DNA from: Octopus bimaculoides
Lineage: Eukaryota
DNA length: 64,000 nt
Assembly: GCF_001194135.2 (NCBI RefSeq)
Contig: NC_069001.1
Location: 33,523,285 to 33,587,284, forward strand
Reading direction: 5' to 3'
The notes under the pieces were generated by a model that was not told where the DNA came from, made no database searches, and was given only the letters and a program-made list of their open reading frames with translations. The translations under genes and the position numbers were made by a program. This document shows positions 12,471-24,740 of this stretch, one piece after another; position 1 is the stretch's first letter, and the number at the start of each line of letters is the position of its first letter.

Positions 12471-13683
12471 ATTTACTAGTACTTTATTTCATCGATCCGA
12501 GAAGGACGTCGGGCAAAGTTGGCTTCATACGAAACTTGTACTTTGGAATTACGTCGTTTTATGTTATGAGTTCAAACCGTGGTCTGGCTGCCTTCGGTTT
12601 TTATCCTTCTGGTGTCGATATGTATCAGACATATACTGGTATCACTTTTCCTGAGTCTACCCCATCTTTTATAAGCCGAAATATCCGGCATTGTTCTGGT
12701 TAAAAATTCAGGCGATTGAAGCAAACTCCGTAAAGTAATTTATTTAAATTATAGTTATTGTAAGAATTCCGGATAAACAATGGGTGGAATTTCGGACCAA
12801 ATATCCCCTCGTAACTTTTGTTTCTTTCAGAAAATTTTTCTAAATTTTAACCCCTAACCTTAATCCTAACTTTAACTCTGATCCCGTACCCAAATTCTTA
12901 AACCTAAAAGCACCTCGCCTTTTTTTTTTCAGAATCATAATCTTTGTTTAAAAAAATTTAAATCTAATTACGGATTCAGAAGTTAAAAATGAAATTTAAT
13001 GTAGATTGTATATTTCGAAACGAAGTGTGTGTGTGCGTGTGTGTGTGTGTGTGTGTGCGTGTGTGTGTGTGTGTGTGTGCGCCCACGAAGCCTTTATGAA
13101 ACAGTGTTTGGCTATGTTATATAAATGTGTTTATTAAGAGTACGTAAACGGTGTGTTTCGAGTTAGTTTCCTGTTAGTAGGCATCGCTACCCCCACTACT
13201 TGTAGCTTTGGTGCTATAGAAACCAGGTCGTTGTACAGTGTTGCCGGGAGCTTATCAACATGGCACTCGCCTCAACGGATAAACATGTGCGGACGTACGC
13301 GCGCACGCACACACACATATATACACACACACACACACACACACTTTCACCCTCTCCAGATTTTCTCTTCTTTCTCTCTTTACATTCTCTCTTTCTCTCT
13401 CCTCACCTCGGAGTCATTCTCTAATTTCAAGCACTCACACATGCCTTCTGTCTTCTCTCTCTTCTTAATAAGTATACTATTTTACAAAGTGAAAACCATC
13501 GAATGTCACCAACACCTGCTGCTTGATAAAATCAGATCGACAGTGCACATGCACCACCACCCGTGCAACCGGTATGTGTGTGTTTACATATAGAATAAAT
13601 TTTGGAGCTTATGTACGCATGTTTGTATTTATATATGTATGTATGCATGCATATATGTGTATGTATATATGCATATGAATGTG

Positions 13684-13732
<49 letters not shown>

Positions 13733-15093
13733 ACATGCATTCACACACGCATACACACACATACAGCAAGTGTGTAGTTGATATATGATGTAAATACATA
13801 AACCACAACTTGAGTATTTATTAATTAATGCGCTCCGTGAGCCCTAAAAATCCTCAATATACAGCTGTATTGAATGTTACTTTATAGCTGTAGGTCAGCC
13901 CTGGTCAAAAGAATCGTTCCACTTGTGGTCATCCCACTATTTATTTAGAAGTTAGTACATCTAGGGCTAAGTTTCCTAATATACAGTATCGGAGTTAATA
14001 TTTTGTCTAAAGCAATGTTTTGGTTTATCGATGTGACAATAACATCATATATTCAAACGTTACGTATCTATGACTGCATTTGTTGATGTGGAGTATAATT
14101 GTGGATATGCTTGTTGGTTAGTCCCATGACATGCCTGATACAGCAGACCTGTCCAGGCTGTGCTCGTCTATAGTGGCATCAGAAATTACGAGTGGGGATC
14201 GTTGGCATATAACTCGCAGAAGCGGAGCCGGCCCATCTAAAGAGGTCCTAACATCTCACAGCACGAACCCAACATCTTAACGATTAAATGTCAGCGTAGG
14301 TAGCAGCTCGAAGCAACCGTTACAGAGCTTCTTCTCTCGCAGAGAACAAATTCACTTTTGCGATCGGACTTGTTGAATTTGTGTACATAATCAGGAACGT
14401 GTCCATAAAAGTTATATCTGATGACCTATCACCCTCCAGTATGAACTGTTTGTTTGGCTACTGCAGTTTAGTTCCAACAGTGTTACCTAGGTCTATATCA
14501 TTCATTATGACTTTGTTTTTAAAGATAGCAATGTGTGCTTTAGGGGAAATTTGGTTACTTTTTCAAGCATATCGAGTGAACACCCATTTTAGGCTCACTC
14601 TCCATTTTCACGCGCACACGCATGTGTATATTTGTGGATGTGCTTACGTGACCCACACTATTCAACACCTCAGAAGTAATAGAAACTATCCCCTCCACAC
14701 ACAAATACTCACAAAACCTTGCTGCATTTATTACTGTAAATCTCATTCTCTTCTTGGTTATCTGCGTTAAGAGCTATGGTTTCCGTAGGGCCAAATGTAG
14801 CGGATTTCTTACATATATAACACCAATAGAGAGCCTCAGGTGAAGCAATGTTGTTTTATCCTTGACATCAGCTGTGTCTTCTATCATCATTCTCACTAGC
14901 ATGATCGCTTCCAACCAACGTTGCATGCTTATGGACGCCATCTGTGTTTCATCTCTTAGTTTTGGTAGTTTCCGCTCAGATTAGCCAAATGCAGTGTTGC
15001 GTCACCAAGACTCTCCCAGTTATGGTTTGTCTCAGGGTTGGGTTCTGATTCAAACTTACTTCCTTTTGTACCAGATTGAACTCGCTTTCGCTT

Positions 15094-15148
<55 letters not shown>

Positions 15149-15547
15149 TGATAACACACTTCTTTTTCCTTAACCTTCGGCGTAAACATTTCCAATTAGA
15201 GATGTACTTATTCCAATACTGACAGGGAAAACNNNNNNNNNNNNNNNNNNNNNNNNNNNNNNNNNNNNNNNNNNNNNNNNNNNNNNNNNNNNNNNNNNNN
15301 NNNNNNNNNNNNNNNNNNNNNNNNNNNNNNNNNNNNNNNNNNNNNNNNNNNNNNNNNNNNNNNNNNNNNNNNNNNNNNNNNNNNNNNNNNNNNNNNNNNN
15401 NNNNNNNNNNNNNNNNNNNNNNNNNNNNNNNNNNNNNNNNNNNNNNNNNNNNNNNNNNNNNNNNNNNNNNNNNNNNNNNNNNNNNNNNNNNNNNNNNNNN
15501 NNNNNNNNNNNNNNNNNNNNGCGTGTTTGTGTCTGTTTGTACCCTCA

Positions 15548-15737
15548 TCACCGCTTTTCAACCGGTGCTGGTATGTTTACGTTCCCGTAACTTAGCGGTT
15601 CGGCAAAAGGAACCGATAGAACAAGTACTAGGTTTACAAAGAATAAATCCAGGGGTCGATTTCTTTGACTAAAAAAAACCCTTTAAGGCGGTGCACCAGC
15701 ATGGCCGCCGTCAAATGCCTGAAACAAGTAAAAGAAT
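15548..15737 (+). mobile_element. Interspersed repeat family B (SINE-like 3' part)
   Basis: GTTTACGTTCCCGTAACTTAGCGGTTCGGCAAAAG..CGATAGAACAAGTACTAGG..GGGGTCGAT..GGCGGTGCACCAGCATGGCCGC..GAAACAAGTAAAAGAATAA; four other copies in the window. Confidence 0.8.
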
Positions 15738-15744
15738 AACAGAA

Positions 15745-15935
15745 TGAAGGGGGCTCTCCACTCGATCACTCAACCTGTTAAAAATAGTAACCGAATCTCG
15801 GTCTATTTACACCCGACCGTCTTGCGAAGAGACTGTACACACTGGATAATATAATTCTACATACACACCCAAAAGACGCTCATAAGGCTACTGGATCTGG
15901 GCTCACCTGAGATTAAACAACAACAAAAACAGCCA
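15745..15935 (-). repeat. Interspersed repeat family C (orientation arbitrary)
   Basis: Similar to copies at 19315, 26955 and 42300: AAATAG(C/T)A(G/A)CC-AATCTC, CTGGATAAT and a TAAACAACAAC terminus. Confidence 0.55.
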
Positions 15936-16007
15936 CAGTCTTGCACTATACTCTCTCTTCACATGAACGAGTCTTAACTATAGTAAACTATAGTAAAGGA
16001 CTTTTTA

Positions 16008-16633
16008 CGCCGTTTTAATGAGCCCACATCTAATGAACTTGCCATCCTTATGGTAGGTGATCCCCATGAAAATCGTGATATTTTCATTCGTGCTCGATAT
16101 AACAACCTTAAACGTGTTTCAGAGATTCATCCCTCTTATGATGCTCCCCAGTATCCTCTTTTTCTGTGGAATGGGCAAGATGGGTAGCATTTAAATATTC
16201 CATAGATTGAACCTGTAACAGGAGAGCCAACTACAAACCAATAGGTGTCGTCAAAGGACTTCTATTCTCACCAATTGATGTTAAGACCAAAACAATCAAA
16301 TCAATTACATATGTATCGCGATCGTTTTCAGTAATACTCGCTTGATGTGTGTGCTAAAGTTGAGTCAACCTCTCCTCTATACTCGTAACAATAAAAAAAA
16401 AGTTAAGGGCTAAAAAATTATGTTCATCTCTAAGATGCTCTGAGGACAGATGGTGATATTCAAAATATGGGGCACCTTATAATCCTCCCATCATCATTCA
16501 CGAGTGGTCCTCGATATATGCAGGAACGAACACAAGGTGCTATGATGTATGTCAAGACATATGGAAGACCAGCTCTTTTTGCCACTTTCACCTGCAATCC
16601 TAAACTGGAAGAAATAAGATCTAATCTTCTTCC
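16008..16633 (+). mobile_element. Helitron Rep/helicase fragment (Helitron-like N region), pseudogenised
   Basis: RRFNEPTSNELAIL..RVSEIHPSYDAPQYPLF..DG..VSSKDFYS..DVCAKVES..GHLIILPSSFTSGPRYMQERTQGAMMYVKTYGRPALFATFTCNP; several in-frame stops upstream of 16467. Confidence 0.92.
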
Positions 16634-16790
16634 GGTGTTGCATCTTCTGGTATTGCAGCTCTCCTCCTCAGTGGGGGAGGAACTGCTCATTCCATGTTCA
16701 AGCTCCCTCTGAACCTTGCAATGAAAAAAATCTCAAAATGTGCAGCATTTCTAAAAACTCTGTAATGGTAACAGTTCTCCAAGAAACTTG

Positions 16791-16832
<42 letters not shown>

Positions 16833-16834
16833 GT

Positions 16835-16845
16835 ACGTCAAGCTT

Positions 16846-16904
<59 letters not shown>

Positions 16905-17725
16905 CCACCGTTTCTCTCTCTTTCTGTCAAATCTATATTCTGGAGACATTCACACGCGCGCGCACACACACATTTGTATGAATATAAACTACTGTGTGAG
17001 GATGTGTGTATGTGAGGGAGAGAGGGGGTGAGAGAAGAAGAGAGAGAAACAGAGTAAAAGAGAGAGAAAGAGAGAGAGAGAAAGCTAGCTAGATAGATAG
17101 AAAGAGAGAGATAGAGAGGAGAGAGCTTGTGTGCGCGTGAAAATAGTTTTCAAACATGTCAATACATTAAAAATATCGAACTGTGAAACAAATATTTTGC
17201 CTAACAGCAATGCAGGCTTTAATGTCTCTCTAGCTGTTCCTTTGATTGACATTTTTCTTATACATAATGTGTACTATATGTATGCCTTCGTGTGTATATG
17301 TATAATATATGTACAATGTATAAGAAAAATGTCAATCAAAGGAACAGCTAAAGAGACATTAAAGCCTGCATTGCTGTTAGGGAAAATATTTGTTTCACAG
17401 TTCGATATTTTTAACGTATTGACATGTTTGAAAACTATTTTCACCCGCATACAAGGTCTCACTATTTCTCTCTCTCTCCCTCTCTCTCTCTCTTTCTCTC
17501 TCTCTCTCCCCACACACACATATGCACACAAGCAGAGACACACACACCCTCACACACAATGGTTTATATTTATACGGATGTGTGTATGTGCATGAATATC
17601 TCCACATAGATAGAAAAATGGAGAGAGAGCACGCGCGCACGAAAGAGAGAGAGAGAGAGAGAGAGAGTGGAGAGAGAGAGAGAGTGGAGAGAGATACGGT
17701 GGTAGATGGAAAGATTGATATACAT
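16835..17725. repeat. Large fold-back (inverted duplication); inner arms 17137-17265 and 17316-17444
   Basis: Inner arms are 129 bp with 126/129 complementarity and a 50-nt spacer. Diverged outer arms still share unique anchors between microsatellites. Confidence 0.93.
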
Positions 17726-17804
17726 GTATCTATACATATGTACACATACATACACACATACACACACACCACACACACACACACGTACACACCCACATAT
17801 TCTT

Positions 17805-17920
17805 TTCTTTTTCTCTTTTACTTGTTTTAGTCATTCGACTGCGGCCATACTGGAGCACCACCTTAAAGGGTTTTAGTCGACCCTCAAGACTTATTCTTTG
17901 TAAGCCTAGTACTTATTCTA
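17805..17920 (-). mobile_element. Repeat family B, partial
   Basis: Reverse complement of the family B tail: CTTTTACTTGTTTTAGTC..CTGCGGCCATACTGGAGCACC..CTAGTACTTATTCTA. Confidence 0.75.
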
Positions 17921-19314
17921 CGTAATTACACACAAGAGACATGCATAAATATTGATATATAGATGTGAATATGAGTATACGTGATGGAGTGAAGATTTTA
18001 TATTGTTATCAATATACGTAATCGATATCTCTAAATCTTACATGCATTCTTTCTGTATCTTCCTCTACCGAACTATATATTGGTGTGTGCGTGTATGTTT
18101 GAGTGTGTGTGAGTGTGTGTGAGTGTGTGTGTATGTGTGTGTGTGTGTGTGTGCGTGTATGCGCGCGCGCTCTCTCGCGTGTTTGTATGTGTTAAAAAGA
18201 CAATATGAGATGGAAAGGAATAGGTGAAGAAATGAATTAAGACGAAAAATATAGGTTGATAAGTGATCGCGCATTAACAGAAACAGTCATTTATTCATCT
18301 ACACACACGCACGCACATGTACGTGCACACGCAGACACACACGTAAAATGCATCACTGTGTGTTTATATTTCGGTGCACGTGTACCAGCAAATTCTTGTA
18401 TGCGTGCTCGCACGTAAATACAGATTCTCATGCAAGTACGCACGCTGACCTAGCTTACCCCATGCGTGCATACACGCGCCCGCCTACAGACTAATTTGCC
18501 TCCGTACATGTAAGCACACCAACATTCCTGTATTTGATTGTTAGTGACAGGAAAAAAAAAAAAACTCTCTCAAGAATCTACGTTTGGCGTCTGACGATAT
18601 GGCTGGGGGAAATATCTCAAAAGAGCATTCAGCATAGTAAATGATTATACTGTATGGTTTCACGTGTGTAATAAAGTGAACTGAAAAATTTCGAACAAAA
18701 AAGCTATTAGTAGGCAAAAAATCCAAGTAATTNNNNNNNNNNNNNNNNNNNNNNNNNNNNNNNNNNNNNNNNNNNNNNNNNNNNNNNNNNNNNNNNNNNN
18801 NNNNNNNNNNNNNNNNNNNNNNNNNNNNNNNNNNNNNNNNNNNNNNNNNNNNNNNNNNNNNNNNNNNNNNNNNNNNNNNNNNNNNNNNNNNNNNNNNNNN
18901 NNNNNNNNNNNNNNNNNNNNNNNNNNNNNNNNNNNNNNNNNNNNNNNNNNNNNNNNNNNNNNNNNNNNNNNNNNNNNNNNNNNNNNNNNNNNNNNNNNNN
19001 NNNNNNNNNNCACACACACACACACACACACTCACTCTCACTACACGCCGCACGCACGCGTACGTGTGCATACGTGCGCGCGCACATGAAAATAAGGAAT
19101 AAGGATTATGAATTTCAACAATATAGGAATATTCTGCACATCAAATGCAATTACTGTAAGATCTCGCATAAGAAATGTAGGGAATTGAAAAAACTTCGAT
19201 TAACTATGATTATTCCAACAGTTAGGAGACAAAATCTATTTCTGGTTGTGGTTCGATTTAAAAATAAATGAAAAGAATATGTTCTCCCTTATCCTCCTTT
19301 CGAGGGAGCCTTTA

Positions 19315-19508
19315 CATAATCGCTCGACCATAATAGATTAGCAGCAATACATCCCTCTCAGACGACATCTAGTTATCTTAAAAGAAGGAAGGCAACCTTA
19401 AATAATGCTATCTTAGATATATTAAAACAGAGTGATCAGAGTCAGAACAGCTTTGACCATACGTCTTCTCTATCACTGTTGACCTGGGGCTAAACAGTAA
19501 CAACAAAA

Positions 19509-19510
<2 letters not shown>
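19315..19510 (-). repeat. Repeat family C
   Basis: GCTTTGACCATA..GTTGACCTGGGGCTAAACAGTAACAAC terminus shared with other copies. Confidence 0.6.
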
Positions 19511-19544
<34 letters not shown>

Positions 19545-19545
19545 G

Positions 19546-19764
19546 CCTTTTATCTTTTATTTGTTTAAGTCATTAGATTGCGACCATGGTGGAGCACCGC
19601 CTTGAAGAATTTCAGTCGAACGCATCGATTCCAGCAGTTTTTGAAAACCTGGTACTTTTTCTATCGGCCACTTTTGCCGAACCGTTAAGTTACGAGGATG
19701 TAAACACACTAACTCCGGTTGTCAAGTGGTGTTGGGGTTAAACAGGGACACAAAGACACACTCA

Positions 19765-19765
<1 letters not shown>
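19546..19765 (-). mobile_element. Repeat family B
   Basis: GACCATGGTGGAGCACCGCC..TGGTACTTTTTCTATCGG..TTTTGCCGAACCGTTAAGTTACGAGGATGTAAAC. Confidence 0.78.
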
Positions 19766-19801
<36 letters not shown>

Positions 19802-19941
19802 NNNNNNNNNNNNNNNNNNNNNNNNNNNNNNNNNNNNNNNNNNNNNNNNNNAATAATATTAGGGATAAAAATCCAAATTTACAGGTAAAAACTCAATTAA
19901 ATTCATGGGATAAGTTCATGAATTTTGGTTCTTTTCTCTAA

Positions 19942-19977
<36 letters not shown>

Positions 19978-20027
19978 TACATAATACATACATACATTCA
20001 TGCATATATACATACATACATACATAC

Positions 20028-20099
<72 letters not shown>

Positions 20100-20276
20100 N
20101 NNNNNNNNNNNNNNNNNNNNNNNNNNNNNNNNNNNNNNNNNNNNNNNNNNNNNNNNNNNNNNNNNNNTCAGATTATACGAGTACTTAGTTGACAAAAACG
20201 CTTAGCTAGGAAAATCTTATTAGGAAATGGAAAACTTCAAACTCATGTAATTTATTTTAAGGGTTACGCAGGGGTG

Positions 20277-20295
20277 AAAAGGTTGGGAAACACTG
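20277..20295. mobile_element. Isolated hAT/Charlie-type terminal inverted repeat end
   Basis: AAAAGGTTGGGAAACACTG, which is CAGTGTTTCCCAACCTTTT on the minus strand. The partner end is not visible and may lie in or beyond the gap at 20100-20167. Confidence 0.5.
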
Positions 20296-20299
20296 GGCT

Positions 20300-20800
20300 A
20301 AGGGTTGAATAGTCTTACTATCTTGTGTGTGAGTGCTCGGGATAACAGAGTGGTAAAGAAAATAATGCCAATTGAAATATTGGAGCCCAGCAAGCAGGTT
20401 CTGGTCAAACTCTGTCGACTCTTTCTGGCAACTCCTGTCTGAAACATCAATTTCATCTCAGACCCGCCTGATCATGAATTGCAGCCAGAGTCAGATGATT
20501 CAGTACAAGAAATTGTGGGTGATACTGCGCAAGCTTTTTCCTCTTAAAATTTGGTTACGCGCAAATTATATCTAGGCCTGATAGGTGTGAACTTCTTCAA
20601 ATACAATAGACAGCAGATCTTTCGTTGCAGGGTCGAGGTATCACGCATGTTGGTGGCAATGAAAGACCGCCACTTACGTAACTTCTCCGTTTTCAGAGGC
20701 ACACAAGGTATAATATATGCAGCTGCAGTCATGATTCTCCAGTCTCCAGTGTGGTGGGTTCTTCGTTGAAGTGCTACGCAAATGATGTCGTAGTCTTCAT
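20300..20800 (+). mobile_element. Highly degraded CR1/L2-like LINE reverse transcriptase fragment
   Basis: Motif remnants occur in the correct order across frames: SLT, GNSCL (cf. GRSCL), VGDTAQAF (LDFAKAF), KL..G, NRQQ, RGTQG (GVPQG), SSLKCYANDVVVF (YADD). Confidence 0.55.
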
Positions 20801-21089
20801 TCATCATCAATGGATGAATAAATGGCTTAACAGCCTTTTATCAGTCAGAGTTGACCTAGGATTAAACTACAGTAACGACTGGTATTTGTAATAGGTGAGA
20901 TTCTACATGGTTCCTTGAGCAGCCAGAAATAATCAAGTCTGTCTGAAAGTGCAACCTATAGTTTTAAATAAAATAAAGTAAAACACTGGACAATACAATC
21001 CTAGGCAATCTCCCCAAAAGATGAGGTGGTCGTGCTAGAATGTCTTCGAACATGGATCTGTTCAAGTAAGGTTGACTTAGAAAATATTA

Positions 21090-21250
21090 ACAGCAATAAA
21101 AGATGAAGCAGAACTATTATCAAAGATATTTTTACCATGACCATCCAATCGTTTTGTATATCAAGGGTTACATTATCTAATATGTCCATCCTGCTTTTTT
21201 AAGATAGTACATGTGATCTGAAAGAGGTTCGGATGCAGTTCTTATCTGGC
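21090..21250 (+). repeat. Repeat family C
   Basis: ATCAAAGAT..CCATGACCATCC..TTACATTATCTAATATGTCC..TTTTAAGATAGT. Confidence 0.55.
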
Positions 21251-22489
21251 GATTGAGAACATAGAGACCTCTTTTGGTATTTGAGTTGGTGATAATGATT
21301 TCTTTCGCTCAATCACAAAGTCTTGGGGATACAGGAATAGATATAATATGTTGGGAAGTCTATGGCTTTTTGCCCACTATATCTTGAAATTGAACTGAAT
21401 ATGTCACAGACAAGCCACATCTCCCGTTAATTATCGGATTTATTTAGCCTTCTTCCATCATTGTGTTTCAAAGCGAATAATACACGGAGTCGCTGCTCTT
21501 CTGAAGAATACTGTAGTGATTATTATTTACACCTTCAATCACATCTCTCCTTATATCACAAAGAACACTAAAAAGATTCGTTTGGAATTCTCAACTGTAT
21601 TCTCTTACTTACCAGCATCATTCAATTAAATCAACCTCTGTACTTAACTGGTAATTGACTCCCATAAGGATGCAAGTCAAATCTTCAACGGGATTTTTGA
21701 CTTAGAACGCAAATGGCTGGAACTAAATACCTCAGTTATTTTTATTTGAAGCTCTAACTTTTCTGCCTGTTCACTACATGGTGAATGCTAAGTAATAGTG
21801 GTAAAAATTGACTTCACTTTTATGTCAAATAGGTGGCCTTGCACATTTCAGCGTTGTGAAACTGCTCCATATATGATTCACCTCAGTGTGTCACAGTGTG
21901 TGATATGGTCACCGGCCAAGTGGAGTTATAGTATATCTGAAACAACAAATCTGTGGGTTGCACCAAGTTGTTCGGTCAACGCACTTGTGTGTCAAAGACT
22001 TGGTGTAAAACAAATACATCACATGTGGCCTTAAATCTATGTAAGAAACTATTATTATTGTAAGCCAACAAAGGATCAATTACGTGTTCGTTCGACACCT
22101 ACCAACTGGGAAGCGTTACGTGTACAACGCCTTTGATTATAAACCTGCACGATCACAACTGATCTGAAGCTAAACAACAACAACAACAGTGGATGGTGAG
22201 ACAAATAGAAAACAAAACAAAAAAAGGTAAAAGAAAAAAAAAAGAAAACAGGAGAGAATAAGAGTTATAGGAAGCTGGCAGTTTAGCATCCGAGCGTGAG
22301 TATTGTCGAATTCGTAGTTTTATTGTTTAAACTTTATTGTGTTTTAATTATTGTTTTATATAATAAAAAAAATCCTTTGTTTCTTAAATATTTATCAACA
22401 CTTTTATTTGTTCGTTGTGTAACGTTTTTACTCTCCACTCGTGTTTATTTTTACTATGTAACTTTTCCTTGTCGATCAATACATTTTAT

Positions 22490-22925
22490 TTCAACGTTTA
22501 GAGCGTCGGGCAAAATGCCTTGCAGCGTTTGTTCCGGATCTTTAAGTCCTGACTTCAAATATCACCGAAATAAACTTTGCCTTTTATCCCCCGGAGGCAA
22601 TAAAATAATGTACCAGTCAGATATTGGAATTGATGATATCGATTAATTTTCTCTCCTCAAAATTGCTGCCCCTGTGCCTAAATTAGAAGCAGTTATTTAG
22701 GGTGGTAGATTGGCAGAATCATTCGAGCACTGATAAAAATGTCTTGCGGTGTTTGTTCTGGCTCTTTTATGTTCTGAATTGACATCCCGCCTATGTTAAC
22801 TTTGCCTTTCATCCCTTCGGAGTCGATAAAATAAAGTACTAGCGAAGCACTCGGATTAATGTTATTAACTAAACCAATCTCCCTAAGAGTTGCTTGCCTT
22901 GTGCCTCAATTAGAAACAATGATTA
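22490..22925 (+). mobile_element. Two tandem degenerate SINE-A copies (junction about 22700)
   Basis: CGGGCAAAATGCCTTGCAGCG..CTTTGCCTTTTATCC..GTACCAG..GTGCCTAAATTAGAA, then GATTGGCAGAATC..CTTTGCCTTTCATCCCTTCGGAGTCGATAAAAT..CTTGTGCC. Confidence 0.72.
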
Positions 22926-23623
22926 TCATTAAACTCCTCATTTATCTATTGTATTCTAGTAATCTAGTACCGAACAAAGAACATAGATTTATATCGTTTT
23001 GTTAAAGAAATGTCCGGTACTAACTATGTACTAACCGGATCTAATCTTATCTAAATTATCTGACATATGTGTCATTTGTGTTTATATCCGATATGTAATT
23101 GAATATTTATGTGTAAGTGGGTGTAACTGTATATATGAATGCACATGTATGTATGTATGTATGTATGTATGTATGTATGTATGAATGTATGTATGAATAC
23201 AGTATGAAATGTATCCTGTAGGGATGGTGGAAGCAGTTGGTAAACTGGAAGGAAATTTATCACCAATAAAATAAAGATTGATAATGTTAACGATGGAAAA
23301 ACATGGAAATTAAAAATGGAGTGAAATTCATTCTCCCCCCCCCCACTCCAAACAACGTTGCTAGTCGACTCCCAGCTATACGACCAAACAAATAACTAAA
23401 TATATGATAAAGCTGAAATAAAACAATGAAAGAAAAAAGAGAAATGAAGGAATGCCTATGTGTACACATGTGTATACGTCCATGTGAACGTTTTGAACGT
23501 GTGCATGCTCGCGCGCGTAAGACCATGTGTTTGTGTTGATGCTATTGCTGATGTTACTGCGATGATTATTACTTTCATTTTTGCAATGTGTCGAATATTA
23601 CACACACACACACACTCACACAC

Positions 23624-23711
<88 letters not shown>

Positions 23712-23754
23712 ACACGTGAGCGTCTGTGTGTTGTATGTGAATATACCCGAGCGT

Positions 23755-23930
23755 GTTGTTGAGTGTTGTATAGCCCATGGTCAGCACTATTCTAGCAAAC
23801 CGATAAAGATCAAAGTCATTCCAAGCATGACTCTGACGTCTTTCTTTCAGACAGAGTATTCAAGACCACCCAATGTCCAACCGCTTATGAGATAGCAGGG
23901 TGTGGTTGGAGAGGATTTGGCCACCCAGCA
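23755..23930 (+). repeat. Repeat family C
   Basis: GATCAAAGTCATTCCAAGCATGAC..CCAATGTCC..GGATTTGGCC. Confidence 0.6.
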
Positions 23931-24708
23931 GACTGAAGTACCCACTTCGGATCTTACGTATATGTTGGTATTGTTGTGTAGCTACAAGTCAGTCATGATC
24001 GGTAGGTTATGATTTGAGGGAGATTTTGGTTGCTGTTTCTGTAATATACTTGAATGTATATCTGCTTTACACACACATACACACACACACACATAAATGT
24101 ACACATGTGTGTGCACGCACATACACATACACATATATACATATACATATAAATGTACACATACATTTAAATGTACACACGCACACGCAAGTGGTCAGTT
24201 GCATTCGAAGCATCCCGCTGACCATGCGTTTACACTATACCTGATATTGAAAAGTCATTCACGTCTTCATCAAGGCTAATCTATGTGTGTGTGTGTGTGT
24301 GCGTGTGCGCGCAAATGTACGTGCATGTACGTATGTGTGTACGTATGTGTGAGCATGAGAGTGACTGTGTAGTTGCATACAAGCGTCTATGTTGTCTGTT
24401 TAAAACAGCCTGTAACATTTTGCAGTTTGGAGTTTGTTATTGTGTATGTTTGTGAGTTGTTTGTGAGTATGTTTACCACATTTTTATGTAAATCTGTGTG
24501 TAAATGCATTTAATATAGTTTATTATATTTTCATGCTGTTGTTATTGTTATTTTTTGTTTTTATTTTGTTATTATTGTTCTAATAAGCATGCGCGCGCGC
24601 GTCTGTAAGTATGTGTATATTTAAAGCAGCTTGTTACATTGTCACCCTTGTTGCTATTCTTGATATAATATGCATGTGTATGTTGCGTATTCCTGTGCGT
24701 GTGTGCGT

Positions 24709-24740
<32 letters not shown>

